64,000 nucleotides of DNA from Myxococcota bacterium (GTDB lineage: Bacteria > Myxococcota_A > UBA9160 > SZUA-336), in the NCBI GenBank assembly GCA_965247115.1, contig CBDFGR010000003.1:864001-928000 (forward strand), read 5' to 3'. The position numbers and the translations under genes were made by a program. The notes under the pieces were generated by a model. The model was given only the letters and a program-made list of their open reading frames with translations, was not told where the DNA came from and did no database searches. Positions 38,888-49,758 of the stretch are shown one piece after another (the stretch's first letter is position 1; the number at the start of each line of letters is the position of its first letter).

Positions 38888-39246
38888 GACTTCTCCGGCG
38901 CGTTCTTCTGCGAGCGAGCGGAAACCGCGCTCTTGTTCAGCCGCACCCGCACCTTGTCCGCGATCTCCACGGTGAGGACGTCATCGGCCACCCCCGTCAC
39001 CCTGCCGTGAATGCCTCCGCTCGTGACGACCTGATCGCCCTTCTGGATCTGCGAGAGCATCTGTTTGTGCTCTTTCCGCTGGCGTTGCTGCGGCCGGATG
39101 ATGAGGGCCCACATCAACAGCAGCATCGCTGCCAGAAACAGGAACGGGCTACCAAGGAGCCCCCCGCCCCCGGGAGCCTCCTGTGCCTGGGCTCCTGGTG
39201 CGGGTGTCTGGATCTCGGACTGCGTGTTCACTCGCTGCCGCTCCAT
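38884..39246 (-). CDS. yajC: Preprotein translocase subunit YajC
   Basis: IRPQQRQRKEH, KGDQVVTSGGIHG; start may be slightly downstream. Confidence 0.92.
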   Translation of the reverse strand: MERQRVNTQSEIQTPAPGAQAQEAPGGGGLLGSPFLFLAAMLLLMWALIIRPQQRQRKEHKQMLSQIQKGDQVVTSGGIHGRVTGVADDVLTVEIADKVRVRLNKSAVSARSQKNAPEKS

Positions 39247-40343
39247 CTACGGCTGTCGGAACCCTCGCCCAGCTGACGGAGGCGTGTCCCGGGATAGTAG
39301 TGCTCGAGGATCTGATTCACCCCCCGCCCCCGGAGAGCCAGCTCGCGGGCGCCCCACTGACACAGGCCCACCCCGTGGCCAGAACCGCTGCCCATGAAGC
39401 GGACCCATTCGCCCTCGACTTCGACCTCGAACAGCGTGCTCCGGATCGCGCGGCCTCCCAGCACCTGCCGCAGGTCTCGACCGCTCACGGCGGCCATGCC
39501 CGCGCGGAGCTCCTGGACGCGACCGCTTCGGGAGCGGCGCATGACACGCACCGCAGACGCATCGCCTACCTCTATGCCCGCCTCGGCAAGGGCTGCCCCC
39601 AGGTCCTGCCCGCGAATCTCGTAGCGCCAGAAGTAGTCCGGCGCGGCAGCGTCGGGCGAGGCCACACCTCGGAGGTAGGCCAGGTCCTGGCCCCAGACCT
39701 CTTCTGCGGAGGCGGTCGTCCCTCCGGAGGATGAGTGAAACACCGCCAGGATCGGCGCACTGCGGTGGCTCAAGTAGGTGCCTTGCGTGGCGCGGGTGGC
39801 GTCGCGAACGCTGGCGGGAACCTCGCCCGCCACGTACCGCTGCGACAGCACCGTGGACTCCAGGTCATGCGTCTGTCTAGCGCGACGGCGACTCTCGTGG
39901 AGCGCGTAGGTGCGGGCGATGATTGCCTGGGCCCTGAGCGCCTCGCGGGGCCAGCTCGAAGGCACCTCGCCGGCCACCGAGCGCTCCACGTAGGCTTCCA
40001 GGTCGACCAGGTTCAGCACATCGAGCCTGTCCCGGCCGCTCGGGACGAGCGAGAGCGCACCGGGATAGCGGCGTCCGTTCACCCACAGGTCGCCCTGCGC
40101 CTTCACGCCCACGGGTCGTGAGCTCCGAAGCTCCCCCACTCGAATCGTCCGCCCCTCCGCTACCGCGACGAGCTCGGGTCCTCGCTGGAGCTCGCGGTTC
40201 GCCTGAAGCTGGCTCCCGGCCACGGTGACCGATCCGACACCGGCCTCGATTCGGACGCGCAGGGTGGTATCGGCCGCTGTCGGCTGCGCGAGCAGGCTCG
40301 CTACGAGGAATGCCAAGGACGAGCGGAGCAAGATTCCCCCCAC
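39228..40343 (-). CDS. SpoIID/LytB domain lytic transglycosylase-like protein
   Basis: LEAYV..V.GEVPSSW..EALRAQAIIARTYA, GSGHGVGLCQWGA, ILEHYYPG; start estimated. Confidence 0.88.
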   Translation of the reverse strand: MGGILLRSSLAFLVASLLAQPTAADTTLRVRIEAGVGSVTVAGSQLQANRELQRGPELVAVAEGRTIRVGELRSSRPVGVKAQGDLWVNGRRYPGALSLVPSGRDRLDVLNLVDLEAYVERSVAGEVPSSWPREALRAQAIIARTYALHESRRRARQTHDLESTVLSQRYVAGEVPASVRDATRATQGTYLSHRSAPILAVFHSSSGGTTASAEEVWGQDLAYLRGVASPDAAAPDYFWRYEIRGQDLGAALAEAGIEVGDASAVRVMRRSRSGRVQELRAGMAAVSGRDLRQVLGGRAIRSTLFEVEVEGEWVRFMGSGSGHGVGLCQWGARELALRGRGVNQILEHYYPGTRLRQLGEGSDSRRWSGSE

Positions 40344-40422
40344 TGAGGGGGACCGCAGGTATAGCAGAAAGGCGTTGAACGTCAACTAGTTAGGCCGATG
40401 TCTGCGGATCCGCAGCAGGCCC

Positions 40423-41868
40423 TCAGTAGCGATACTGCTCCGACTTGTAGGGACCTTCGATCGCCACTCCAAGGTAGTCCGCCTGCTCCTCGGTGAGCTC
40501 GGTCAGCTTCACTCCCAGCTGGTCCAGGTGAAGACGGGCGACCTCCTCGTCGAGCTTCTTGGGGAGCACGTAGACTTTCTTGTCGTACTTGCTCGTGTTC
40601 GTCCAGAGCTCTAGCTGCGCGAGCACCTGGTTCGTGAACGACGCCGACATCACGAAGCTCGGATGGCCAGTCGCACAACCCAGGTTCAGCAGGCGGCCCT
40701 CCGCCAGCACCAGAATGCTGTGGCCGTCCGGGAAGATCCACTCGTCGTACTGTGGCTTGATCGGGTTCTTCACGATTCCGGGGATGCGTTTCAGCCCCGC
40801 CATGTCGATCTCGTTGTCGAAGTGTCCGATGTTGCCGACGACGGCCTTGTCCTTCATGCGCGCCATCTGCCCGGCACTGATCACCTGGAAGTTCCCGGTC
40901 GCGGTGATGAAGAAGTCAGCGCTCTCCAGGACGTCGTCCAGCGTCGAGACCTCGTAGCCCTCCATCGCGGCTTGCAGCGCGCAGATCGGGTCCACCTCGG
41001 TCACGATCACGCGCGCGCCCTGGCCTTTGAGGGACTGAGCGCAGCCCTTCCCGACCTCGCCGAAGCCGCACACCACCGCGACCTTACCCCCGAGCATGAT
41101 GTCGGTGGCGCGAGCCAGCCCGTCGGGGAGTGAGTGGCGACAGCCGTAGACGTTGTCGAATTTGCTCTTCGTCACGGAGTCGTTGACGTTGATCGCGGGC
41201 ATCAGCAGAGAGCCGTCGCGCTCCATCTGGTACAGGCGAAGAACACCCGTCGTGGTCTCCTCGCTGACGCCTATCAGGCCGGCCGCAACGCGGGTCCAAA
41301 GCTTCGGGTCGCTCTGCTGCGTGTCGCGCAGGAGCTCGAGGATCACGCCCCACTCCTCCGAATCGGACTCCTCATCGAACTCAGGCACCTTGCCATCCGC
41401 CTCGAACTGCACGCCCTTGTGCACGAGCAAGGTGGCATCGCCCCCGTCGTCCACGATGGTGTTCGGCCCCTTGCCGTCGGGCCAGATCATGGCCTTGCGA
41501 GTGCACCACCAGTACTCTTCAAGACTCTCGCCCTTCCACGCGAACACCGGGGTGCCGCTCGGACTCTCGGTCGTTCCGGTCGGTCCGACCGCGATCGCAG
41601 CCGCCGCGTGGTCCTGGGTGGAGAAGATGTTGCAGCTCACCCAGCGCACGTCCGCACCGAGCTCGACGAGGGTCTCGATCAACACTGCGGTCTGTACCGT
41701 CATGTGCAGGCTGCCCATGATCCTCGCACCGGAGAGTGGCTTGGTCGCGGCGTAGCGCTCGCGCAGCGCCATCAGACCTGGCATCTCGTGCTCGGCGAGT
41801 CGGATCTCCTTCCGACCCCAGTCGGCCAGTTCCAGGTCTGCGATCTTGTAGCCTTCGCCCTCGTCCAT
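40423..41868 (-). CDS. ahcY: Adenosylhomocysteinase
   Basis: [46 protein letters not shown]. Confidence 0.98.
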   Translation of the reverse strand: MDEGEGYKIADLELADWGRKEIRLAEHEMPGLMALRERYAATKPLSGARIMGSLHMTVQTAVLIETLVELGADVRWVSCNIFSTQDHAAAAIAVGPTGTTESPSGTPVFAWKGESLEEYWWCTRKAMIWPDGKGPNTIVDDGGDATLLVHKGVQFEADGKVPEFDEESDSEEWGVILELLRDTQQSDPKLWTRVAAGLIGVSEETTTGVLRLYQMERDGSLLMPAINVNDSVTKSKFDNVYGCRHSLPDGLARATDIMLGGKVAVVCGFGEVGKGCAQSLKGQGARVIVTEVDPICALQAAMEGYEVSTLDDVLESADFFITATGNFQVISAGQMARMKDKAVVGNIGHFDNEIDMAGLKRIPGIVKNPIKPQYDEWIFPDGHSILVLAEGRLLNLGCATGHPSFVMSASFTNQVLAQLELWTNTSKYDKKVYVLPKKLDEEVARLHLDQLGVKLTELTEEQADYLGVAIEGPYKSEQYRY

Positions 41869-41918
41869 GTGTCTTCCTTCCCTGTTCGCGTCCGACCCCG
41901 ACGGGCCGAGATGATGGC

Positions 41919-43082
41919 CTACAGGCCGAGGTCGTGGCGCAGATCGGTGGCCTTGTCCGTCTTCTCCCAGGTGAAGTCGTCCGCCTCGCGACCGAAGTGA
42001 CCGTGGACCGCCGTCTGGCGGTAGATCGGCCGCAGCAGATCGAGCGACGCGATGATCCCCTGAGGCGTCAGATCGAAGCGCTTCTGAACCGCGCGCACGA
42101 TCGCCTCATTCGAGGCGTTCCCCGTCCCAAAGGTCTCAACGAGGATCGAGACCGGCTCTGCCACGCCGATGGCGTACGAGACCTGGACCTCGAGGCGATC
42201 TGCAGCGCCCGCAGCGACCAGGTTCTTGGCGACCCAGCGAGAGGCGTAGGCGGCAGAGCGGTCTACCTTGCTCGGGTCCTTGCCCGAGAACGCGCCGCCA
42301 CCGTGGCGCGCCATGCCTCCGTAGGTGTCTACGATGATCTTGCGCCCCGTGAGTCCTGCGTCACCGAGGGGTCCACCAACGACGAAGCGACCCGTCGGGT
42401 TCACGAAGATGCGCGTGTCGTCATCTACGAGCGATCCAGGCAGCACGGGTCTGATGATCGCCTCGATCACCTGTGCCTTGAGCGAGTCGTAGGCGATGTC
42501 GGCCGTGTGCTGGGTGCTGACGATGACCGCGTCGACGCGCGCCGGTCGCGCCCCGTCGTACTCGATGGTGATCTGAGACTTGGCGTCGGGTCGCAGGAAC
42601 TCTAGCTCTCCCGAAAGCCTCACTTCGGCTTGCTTTGCGACGAGCTCGTGAGCGAGCATGATGGGCATGGGCATCAGCTCGGGTGTCTCGGTGCATGCGA
42701 AGCCGAACATCATGCCCTGATCCCCGGCGCCCTGCTCCTTGAAGAGCCCCTCGCCCTCCGTTACGCCCATCGAGATATCGGGCGACTGTCCTTCCAGAGC
42801 GACGAGCACGCCGCAAGAGTTTCCGTCGATCCCCATAGACGCCTCGTCGTAACCGACGTCGAGGATCGCTTCGCGTACGACTTTGGGGACCTCGACCTCT
42901 GTCGAGCTGGTGACCTCGCCCGCAACGCACACGAAGCCCGTCTTGACCAAGGTCTCGCAGGCTACGCGGCTCTCGGGATCACCGGCGATGTACGCATCGA
43001 GAATCCCGTCCGAGATCTGGTCGGCGAGTTTGTCCGGGTGGCCCATCGAGACGGACTCGGACGTGAACAGTGTGCGGGACAT
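41919..43082 (-). CDS. metK: S-adenosylmethionine synthase
   Basis: [28 protein letters not shown]. Confidence 0.98.
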   Translation of the reverse strand: MSRTLFTSESVSMGHPDKLADQISDGILDAYIAGDPESRVACETLVKTGFVCVAGEVTSSTEVEVPKVVREAILDVGYDEASMGIDGNSCGVLVALEGQSPDISMGVTEGEGLFKEQGAGDQGMMFGFACTETPELMPMPIMLAHELVAKQAEVRLSGELEFLRPDAKSQITIEYDGARPARVDAVIVSTQHTADIAYDSLKAQVIEAIIRPVLPGSLVDDDTRIFVNPTGRFVVGGPLGDAGLTGRKIIVDTYGGMARHGGGAFSGKDPSKVDRSAAYASRWVAKNLVAAGAADRLEVQVSYAIGVAEPVSILVETFGTGNASNEAIVRAVQKRFDLTPQGIIASLDLLRPIYRQTAVHGHFGREADDFTWEKTDKATDLRHDLGL

Positions 43083-43127
43083 CTGGCACTCCTTTTCGTC
43101 GTGGTCGAGTCGTGCCGCGAGCGAACT

Positions 43128-44894
43128 TTACCCTGTTGAGACCATTCGCTCAATTTCTAGAGGGAAACGCAGTCGCATTCGCTCCTCGACTCGGGCGCGT
43201 ATCTCCTCGGCGCTGCCCAGGTCGATGATGTTCGAGAGCAAGTCTCGCGCTTCTCTGGCCGTCGAGTCCCGAAGAATCTTCTTCAACAGCGGGATCGAGA
43301 AGGGCGCCATCGACAATTCGTCGATTCCGAGGGCCATCAAGATCCAGCTCTGCAGTGGATCGCCGGCCATCTCTCCACACATGGTGACGATGATGCCGGA
43401 GGCCCGGCCAGCGCGGCAAACGCGCTGGATCATGCGCAGGTTGGCAGGGTGGAGCGGCTCGTACAGATAGGCGACATGCTCGTTCGTGCGGTCTACCGCG
43501 AGCGTGTACTGGATGAGATCGTTCGTCCCGATCGAGAGGAAGTCCGCCTTCGGGGCGATGAGGTCGGCAATCATCGCCGCGGCTGGGGTTTCGATCATGA
43601 CGCCGAGCGGGACGTTCTCGTCGATCTCCACGCCTTCGGAGACGAGCTCTTCTTGTACCGAGGTCAGGACTTCTCGTGCGAAATCGATCTCGTCGAGACT
43701 CGAGACCATTGGCAACAGAATCTTCAGGCTACCGTAGCGGCTGGCCCGCAGGAGCGCGCGCAGCTGCGTCCGGAACACCTCGGGCCTCCCGACCGACATG
43801 CGCACCCCGCGTAGGCCCAGCGCGGGATTCGGCTCCTCCGCAAGCTCGAGTCCCGTCATCACCTTCTCGCCGCCGAGGTCGAGCGTGCGGATCACGGCGG
43901 CGTGCGGGGCGATCGCCTCGAGGATGCCGCGATAGGCCTCGAACTGCTCCTCCTCCGGGGGCAAGTCGCGCCGGTTCATGAACAAGAACTCGGTCCGGTA
44001 CAGACCGACGCCCTCCGCTCCGTAGCGCAGGGCGTCGGGGATCTCGCCGATCTGATCGATGTTCGCGAGCATGCCGACCCGCAGGCCGTCGCGCGTCTCG
44101 GCAGGCAGGTCCACGTAGCGCAACAGATCCCGGGCCAACGCTCGGTAGTCGGAGAGCTGCTTCTCGTACTCGGCCACGATCTCCGGGGCGGGATCGACGT
44201 GGATCCGACCGTTGCGACCGTCGAGAATCAGCGTCATCCCGTCGCTGAGCTCAGCGACCACGTCGCCGACACCGACGACCGCGGGAATCTCCAGCGTCCG
44301 GGCCATGATCGTCACGTGCGAGGTGCGCGAGCCCGCTTCGGTGACCAGCCCGGCTACCGTCTCCCGGGTCACTTGCGCGACCTCGCCAGGAGAGAGGTCT
44401 TCGGCGACGACGATCACGCCGGGAGGCGCGTTGCCGAGCCCTTCCGGCTCCCGGCCCATCAGTGCCTGCAGGACGCGCCGGACGACGAACCCGACATCGC
44501 GACCCCGCTCCTGAATGTAGGGGTCCGGAATCCTCTCGAACATGCGCTGCACGCTGCGAAGCTCGCGCTGCAGCGCCCACTCCGCGTTCAGCAGCCTGTC
44601 ACGAATGTTGCTGACGGCGTTCTCGATCAGCTGCGGGTCCTCGAGGAACAAGAACTGGGCCTCGAAGATCGTCCCCACGAGGCCCGTGGCTTCCAGACCT
44701 CCGCGAATCTCATTCAGCGTCTCACGGGTCTGTGCAAAGGCCCGGTGCAGGCGCTCGATCTCCCCCTCGACCTCTCGCGGGTCGAGCTGGCGCTCGGGGA
44801 TGATCAGTCTCTCGCGACGTAGGACGTACGCTGGCCCGATCGCGATCCCGGGAGACGCGGCCAGCCCACGCCGCTCGCCCGTGGCCTCACTCAC
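43128..44894 (-). CDS. ptsI: PTS Enzyme I (phosphoenolpyruvate-protein phosphotransferase)
   Basis: GSRTSHVTIMAR phospho-His motif, GLYRTEF, SIGTNDLIQY, MCGEMAG. Confidence 0.95.
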   Translation of the reverse strand: MSEATGERRGLAASPGIAIGPAYVLRRERLIIPERQLDPREVEGEIERLHRAFAQTRETLNEIRGGLEATGLVGTIFEAQFLFLEDPQLIENAVSNIRDRLLNAEWALQRELRSVQRMFERIPDPYIQERGRDVGFVVRRVLQALMGREPEGLGNAPPGVIVVAEDLSPGEVAQVTRETVAGLVTEAGSRTSHVTIMARTLEIPAVVGVGDVVAELSDGMTLILDGRNGRIHVDPAPEIVAEYEKQLSDYRALARDLLRYVDLPAETRDGLRVGMLANIDQIGEIPDALRYGAEGVGLYRTEFLFMNRRDLPPEEEQFEAYRGILEAIAPHAAVIRTLDLGGEKVMTGLELAEEPNPALGLRGVRMSVGRPEVFRTQLRALLRASRYGSLKILLPMVSSLDEIDFAREVLTSVQEELVSEGVEIDENVPLGVMIETPAAAMIADLIAPKADFLSIGTNDLIQYTLAVDRTNEHVAYLYEPLHPANLRMIQRVCRAGRASGIIVTMCGEMAGDPLQSWILMALGIDELSMAPFSIPLLKKILRDSTAREARDLLSNIIDLGSAEEIRARVEERMRLRFPLEIERMVSTG

Positions 44895-45166
44895 GCCTCT
44901 TCTCCGAAACGATCCTCGACCAGCGCCGCCAGTGCCTCGATCGCATCTTCGGCATCGTCGCCCTCTACGACGATACGGATGTGTGTTCCTCTTGGAGCGG
45001 CGAGCGTGACGAGCGCGATGATGCTCTTGCCGTTCGCCGAGACATCCCCTCGAGAGACCATCACGTCGCTCGAGAAACGCTCGGCAACTTTCACGAAGCC
45101 AGCCGCGGCACGCAGGTGAAGGCCCAGCTGGTTCTGGATCTCGCAGTCCGCCTCCGCCCGGCTCAC
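44891..45166 (-). CDS. ptsH: Phosphocarrier protein HPr/NPr
   Basis: GLHLRAAA (His15), GKSII (Ser46). Confidence 0.92.
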   Translation of the reverse strand: MSRAEADCEIQNQLGLHLRAAAGFVKVAERFSSDVMVSRGDVSANGKSIIALVTLAAPRGTHIRIVVEGDDAEDAIEALAALVEDRFGEEA

Positions 45167-45588
45167 GACCTCCCCCCCGACTTCTCTGCACCTGAGAGGA
45201 TGTCGCTCGCAACCGAGATGTTGCGGCGCCCGTAGTCCCGCGCGAGCTCCGCCAGCTCGTGGAGCGGCAGCTCCTGGTTCTGGCGCGCGATCTTGACCAG
45301 CATCGGCAGGTTGAGCCCGGTGACGACCTCCACCTTCCCTTCCTCCAGAAAGGCGAGAGAGAGGTTCGACGGGGTCCCTCCGAACATGTCGACGGTCACC
45401 AGCACGCCTTCGCCGCTCTCCACCTCTCCGATGGCCTTCTCGATCCGTACCCTCATCTCTTCCGGGCTGCCGGACGTGGGGTCGAGACCGATGGCTCGTA
45501 CGTGGTCCAGCGTGCCGACGATCAGCTCGAGTGACTGCAGAAACTCTTCCGCCAGCCTGTAGTGGGTGACGATCACAACACCAATCAC
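45163..45588 (-). CDS. PTS EIIA component, mannose family (standalone)
   Basis: MIGVVIVTH, VDMFGGTPSN, GLNLPML. Confidence 0.92.
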   Translation of the reverse strand: MIGVVIVTHYRLAEEFLQSLELIVGTLDHVRAIGLDPTSGSPEEMRVRIEKAIGEVESGEGVLVTVDMFGGTPSNLSLAFLEEGKVEVVTGLNLPMLVKIARQNQELPLHELAELARDYGRRNISVASDILSGAEKSGGRS

Positions 45589-46460
45589 AGCTGGTCCCTC
45601 CCCGCTCGTTCCACGTCTCGATGGCTCACCCGGACCCCGATTCTACGTTCTCGCAGATGACGGTCCAGCGCCCCGATCACGGCGACCGAGCGGTGCTGTC
45701 CCCCGGTGCAGCCAATGGCTACCCGCAGATGCGTCTTTCCCTCTTCCTCATAGAGCGGTAGCAGATAATCCAGAAACGCGAAAAAACGCTCCAGAAACGC
45801 CGCAGTGCGCTCGTTCTGGAGCACGAAGTCGGCCACCGGTCGGTCGAGTCCGGTCCCGTCGCGAAGCTCAGGTTCGAAGTTCGGGTTCGGCAGAAAACGG
45901 ACGTCGACCATCAGGTCGGCCAGCTCGGGAGCGCCGAAGCGAAAGCCGAACGAGAGCAGCTCGACCTGCATCGGGTTGCCGCGTTCTGTGCCGCTGAAAT
46001 GACGCGTCACGAACCGCTTGAGCTCGTGCACGCTCATCGCGCTCGTATCGAGGATCAGGTCCGCTCGCTTCGCGATCGGCGCCATGATCTCGCGATCGCG
46101 GGCAATGCCCTCGACGATCGGAGCCTGGGGCACGACGGGATGCACCCGCCGGGTCTCGACGTAGCGGCGCGCGAGCACCTGATCCTCGGCATCGAGAAAG
46201 AGCAGCTGGGTCGAGATACTCCTGGCACCGAGCCGCTCGTAGACCTCCGGGAAGGCACCAAGAAAGTCGCGGTCGCGGACGTCGACAGCGACCGCCAGAC
46301 GGCGGGCCCGCTCGCTGAACAACTCCACGAAGCGCTCGATCAAGACGACAGGCAGGTTGTCGACGCAGTAGAACCCGATGTCCTCGAGCGCCTTCATCGC
46401 TGTCGTACGCCCCGCTCCCGAAAGGCCGGAGACGATGACGAGCGAGGTGGTGTCGGTCAC
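45585..46460 (-). CDS. rapZ: RNase adapter / P-loop protein RapZ
   Basis: SGLSGAGRT, FYCVDNLP, SFGFRFG, DVRFLPNP, IGCTGGQHRSV. Confidence 0.95.
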   Translation of the reverse strand: MTDTTSLVIVSGLSGAGRTTAMKALEDIGFYCVDNLPVVLIERFVELFSERARRLAVAVDVRDRDFLGAFPEVYERLGARSISTQLLFLDAEDQVLARRYVETRRVHPVVPQAPIVEGIARDREIMAPIAKRADLILDTSAMSVHELKRFVTRHFSGTERGNPMQVELLSFGFRFGAPELADLMVDVRFLPNPNFEPELRDGTGLDRPVADFVLQNERTAAFLERFFAFLDYLLPLYEEEGKTHLRVAIGCTGGQHRSVAVIGALDRHLRERRIGVRVSHRDVERAGRDQL

Positions 46461-47002
46461 GAAGCGCCCCGCTTGAGAAGGGCAGTCACGCGCGCATCAA
46501 GATCGCGGGCCCCGCTGCGGCCGGCCTGGCGCAGCGAGTGGGCCCGAGCCGCGACCTCGATGAGCAGGGCAATGTTCCGGCCGGGAGCGACCGGCAGCGT
46601 AACCGCGGCAATCTCGAAGCCTGCTACGCGGAGCGTGTCCTGATCGAGTCCCACTCGCTCGACCTCCGCGTCGTTCCAGTCGGATAGCTGAACGACGAGG
46701 TCGATGCGCGCCTGCTCCGCAACGGACGCCTCGCCGAACAGACTCGGCACGTAGACGATCCCAATGCCACGAAGCTCGAGGTAGTGTCGAACGAGCTCGT
46801 GACTCCGACCCACCGGAGCTCCCGAGTCGTCGGCCAGGACCAAAACCACGTCGTCGGCGACGAGTCGGTTGCCGCGCGTAACGAGCTCGAGCGCTGCCTC
46901 GCTCTTCCCGATGCCGCTCTTACCCAACAGCAGGACACCCACGCCACCCACCTCGACGAGGCTTCCGTGAATGCGCTCAGCAGCGCTGGTAGGCTCGGCC
47001 AT
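46457..47002 (-). CDS. hprK: HPr kinase/phosphorylase, catalytic domain only
   Basis: GVLLLGKSGIGKSE.ALEL, LVADD, LELRGIGI, PVAPGRN. Confidence 0.88.
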   Translation of the reverse strand: MAEPTSAAERIHGSLVEVGGVGVLLLGKSGIGKSEAALELVTRGNRLVADDVVLVLADDSGAPVGRSHELVRHYLELRGIGIVYVPSLFGEASVAEQARIDLVVQLSDWNDAEVERVGLDQDTLRVAGFEIAAVTLPVAPGRNIALLIEVAARAHSLRQAGRSGARDLDARVTALLKRGAS

Positions 47003-47048
47003 CGAGTGCTGCAGTCCCCCAGCTCGGACCGTTGGGGCAGAACACCGT

Positions 47049-47510
47049 CTACTCCTTCGACTCCTCCTCCTCGAAGGCACGGAAGAGCTCGTCCGTGGAA
47101 TCGAGGTCGAGAAGTCGGGTCCGGAAGTCGTCCTCGGTCATGAGTCGCGAGATGTGCGCCAGCGTCAATAGATGGGCACTGCCTTCCTTGCCAGGGGCAA
47201 CGAGCACAAAGAAGAGGTGTGTCCGCTTGCCGTCGATGGAGTCGAAGTCGACGCCGTGACGGCTGCGACCAAAGCTCGCGAGGAGGCGGTCAAGTGACTC
47301 CATGCGCGCGTGCGGTATTGCGACCCCGTCGCCCATGGCCGTCGTACCAAGCTGCTCGCGCTCGAGAAGCATGTTGAGCAGTGCGGCTCCGTCCAGGCCG
47401 TCGGAACCGCGGGCGAGCGCATCAGCCAGCTCGCGCAGCGCTTCCTTCTTGGTTTGCGCTGTCATGTCGGGGAGGCAGGCATCGCGCACGAGAATATCTG
47501 TGAGCTTCAT
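47049..47510 (-). CDS. ptsN: PTS EIIA-Ntr / fructose-family EIIA
   Basis: REQLGTT.MGDGVAIPHAR, FDSIDGK..HLFF; follows rpoN. Confidence 0.88.
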   Translation of the reverse strand: MKLTDILVRDACLPDMTAQTKKEALRELADALARGSDGLDGAALLNMLLEREQLGTTAMGDGVAIPHARMESLDRLLASFGRSRHGVDFDSIDGKRTHLFFVLVAPGKEGSAHLLTLAHISRLMTEDDFRTRLLDLDSTDELFRAFEEEESKE

Positions 47511-47545
47511 GGGCACTCTCCCGATGCAAACGCGAGCCAGTCAGT

Positions 47546-49027
47546 TTAGCCGATCTCTTTGCGTTTTGTCGAAGCGAGGATGCGCAGCGCTTCGCGATAT
47601 TTTGTCACCGTTCGCCGCGCAATGTGAATCTCAGACACTTTCAGTACTTCCGCGATTTTTTGATCCGATAGCGGGTTTCGCGGATCTTCCGCTTTGATGA
47701 TCTTGGCGATCTTCTCTTTCACGCTTTCCGACGCTATGCCGTCGCCGTTGGAGGTGCGGATGCTCGAGTTGAAAAAGAATTTCAGCTCGAACACACCATG
47801 GGGCGTCTGGACGTATTTGTTGGTCGTCACTCGGCTTACCGTGGATTCATGCATGCCGATGTCATCCGCCACGTCACGCAAGTTCAGGGGGCGGAGGAAC
47901 TCCTGGCCGCGGTCGAAGAACGAACGCTGAAAGCGCAGGATTGACTCCATCACCTTGGAGATCGTGCGCTGCCGCTGGTGGATCGACTTGATCAGCCACT
48001 GCGCGGAGCGGAGCTTCTCGCGCACGTACTCCTTTGTCTCCTTGCTCTCCCCGCCCCCGCGCAACACCGAGCGGTACGCGTTGCTCACCTTGAGGCGCGG
48101 CAGCCCGTCTTCGTTCAGCACCACGTGATACTCGTCGGCGACCTTCTGTACGAAGATGTCTGGCGTGATGTAGATCGGCTCCTTGAGCCCTGCGATCACC
48201 TCCTCGTCCACGAACTGCTGACCCGGGCGTGGCTCGAAGTTGCCGATCAGCCGAGCGGCTTCGGCGACCTCCTCTACGCTCACCTCCTCGATGCGGCCGA
48301 TCCCTCGATAGTCCTTGCGCTGCAGCAGGTCCAGATGGTCCCCGACAATCTTCGTTGCGAGGGGGTGGTTCACCCCGAGCAAACGCATCTGGACGAGCAA
48401 GCACTCCGAGAGATCGACGGATGCGACACCGACCGGATCGAACTCCTGGATCCTGTGCCTGACCCGCTCCACGTCTTCGACCGGGGCGCCGACCTCCTCC
48501 GCGATCGCTTCCACCTTCTCCTGCAGGTAGCCGTCTCCGTTCAGATTTCCGACGATCAAGGTCCCGATCTCGCGCTCCTGCTCGGTGAGATCCGCAAGTC
48601 CGAGCTGCCAGATCAGGTGGTCCGCGAGAGAGACGCCAGGAGTGAGGTTCGCTTCGAGGGACGGCCGATCGTCGGGTCCCTGGGCACGGCTCGTGAGCGG
48701 CCGGGACTCGATGTAGTTCTCCCAGTCGACGTCGCTGATGAGCTCGTCTGCGGATGGCTCGTTCGTCTCCGCGGCCGGATCGGCCGACTCCACGGGCTCG
48801 GCCTCGGACGAGGGGGTCTCCTCGCGCGCGGACTGCTCCTCGGACTCGGCACTCTCCTCGTCCACGGCCTCCTCCAGGACGGGGTTCTCCACCAGCTCCT
48901 GCTGGATGTTGGTCTGGAGCTCGAGCCGGGACAGCTGCAGCAGCTTGATCGCCTGCTGCAGCTGGGGCGTCATGACCAGCTGCTGGCTCAGCTTGAGGTT
49001 GAGTTTGAGCTCGAGCGAGAGTGCCAT
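47546..49027 (-). CDS. rpoN: RNA polymerase sigma-54 factor
   Basis: QQLVMTPQLQQAIKLLQL, HESTVSR, RpoN box ARRTVTKYRE. Confidence 0.97.
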   Translation of the reverse strand: MALSLELKLNLKLSQQLVMTPQLQQAIKLLQLSRLELQTNIQQELVENPVLEEAVDEESAESEEQSAREETPSSEAEPVESADPAAETNEPSADELISDVDWENYIESRPLTSRAQGPDDRPSLEANLTPGVSLADHLIWQLGLADLTEQEREIGTLIVGNLNGDGYLQEKVEAIAEEVGAPVEDVERVRHRIQEFDPVGVASVDLSECLLVQMRLLGVNHPLATKIVGDHLDLLQRKDYRGIGRIEEVSVEEVAEAARLIGNFEPRPGQQFVDEEVIAGLKEPIYITPDIFVQKVADEYHVVLNEDGLPRLKVSNAYRSVLRGGGESKETKEYVREKLRSAQWLIKSIHQRQRTISKVMESILRFQRSFFDRGQEFLRPLNLRDVADDIGMHESTVSRVTTNKYVQTPHGVFELKFFFNSSIRTSNGDGIASESVKEKIAKIIKAEDPRNPLSDQKIAEVLKVSEIHIARRTVTKYREALRILASTKRKEIG

Positions 49028-49032
49028 CAGAG

Positions 49033-49758
49033 TTACAGCCTGAAGTCCTGACCCAGGTAGATCTCGCGCACCGTCGGATCTCCGGTGATCTCGTCCGGTG
49101 TTCCCTCACGAATGATCCGCCCATCCTTGATGATGTAGGCCCGATCGCAGATCGAGAGCGTGTCGCGAACGTTGTGGTCCGTGATGACGATTCCAATGCC
49201 CCGTTCACGCAGCTGGGCGATGATCTTCTGGATGTCGATGACGGCGATGGGATCGATACCGGAGAAGGGCTCGTCCAGCAGCATGAAGCGCGGTTCCAGC
49301 ACGAGCGCACGCGTGATCTCCACGCGACGACGCTCCCCACCGGAGAGCGTCGCTCCCTTCTGCTTGCGCTTGTCGAGCAACTCGAGCTCAGCCAGAAGGC
49401 GATCGAGCCGTTCCCGTCGCTCTCGGCGGGCCATGGGAAGCGTCTCGAGAATCGCCAGGATGTTCTCCTCTACGCTGAGCTTTCGAAAGATCGAAGGCTC
49501 CTGGGGCAGATACGTGATCCCCCGCCGGGCTCTCTGATACATCGGCAGATCGGTCACTTCTTCATCACCCAGAAACACACAGCCCGAGCTGGGTCGGACT
49601 CTGCCCACCATCATGTCGAACGTCGTGGTCTTTCCGGCTCCATTGGGACCGAGCAGGCCGACGATTTCTCCGGCGGCAACGGCGAGGCGAACGTCGCGTA
49701 CCGCCGGCTTCTGTCCATAGCTCTTGCACAGGTTCCGCGCGTGAAGGGTCGAGATCAC
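49033..49758 (-). CDS. lptB: LPS export ABC transporter ATPase
   Basis: [39 protein letters not shown]. Confidence 0.96.
   Translation of the reverse strand: MISTLHARNLCKSYGQKPAVRDVRLAVAAGEIVGLLGPNGAGKTTTFDMMVGRVRPSSGCVFLGDEEVTDLPMYQRARRGITYLPQEPSIFRKLSVEENILAILETLPMARRERRERLDRLLAELELLDKRKQKGATLSGGERRRVEITRALVLEPRFMLLDEPFSGIDPIAVIDIQKIIAQLRERGIGIVITDHNVRDTLSICDRAYIIKDGRIIREGTPDEITGDPTVREIYLGQDFRL

Noticed and set aside
41869..41918. SAH/SAM riboswitch upstream of ahcY or metK
   Set aside because: Intergenic gaps are only ~45-50 nt and I could not recognise the consensus elements.
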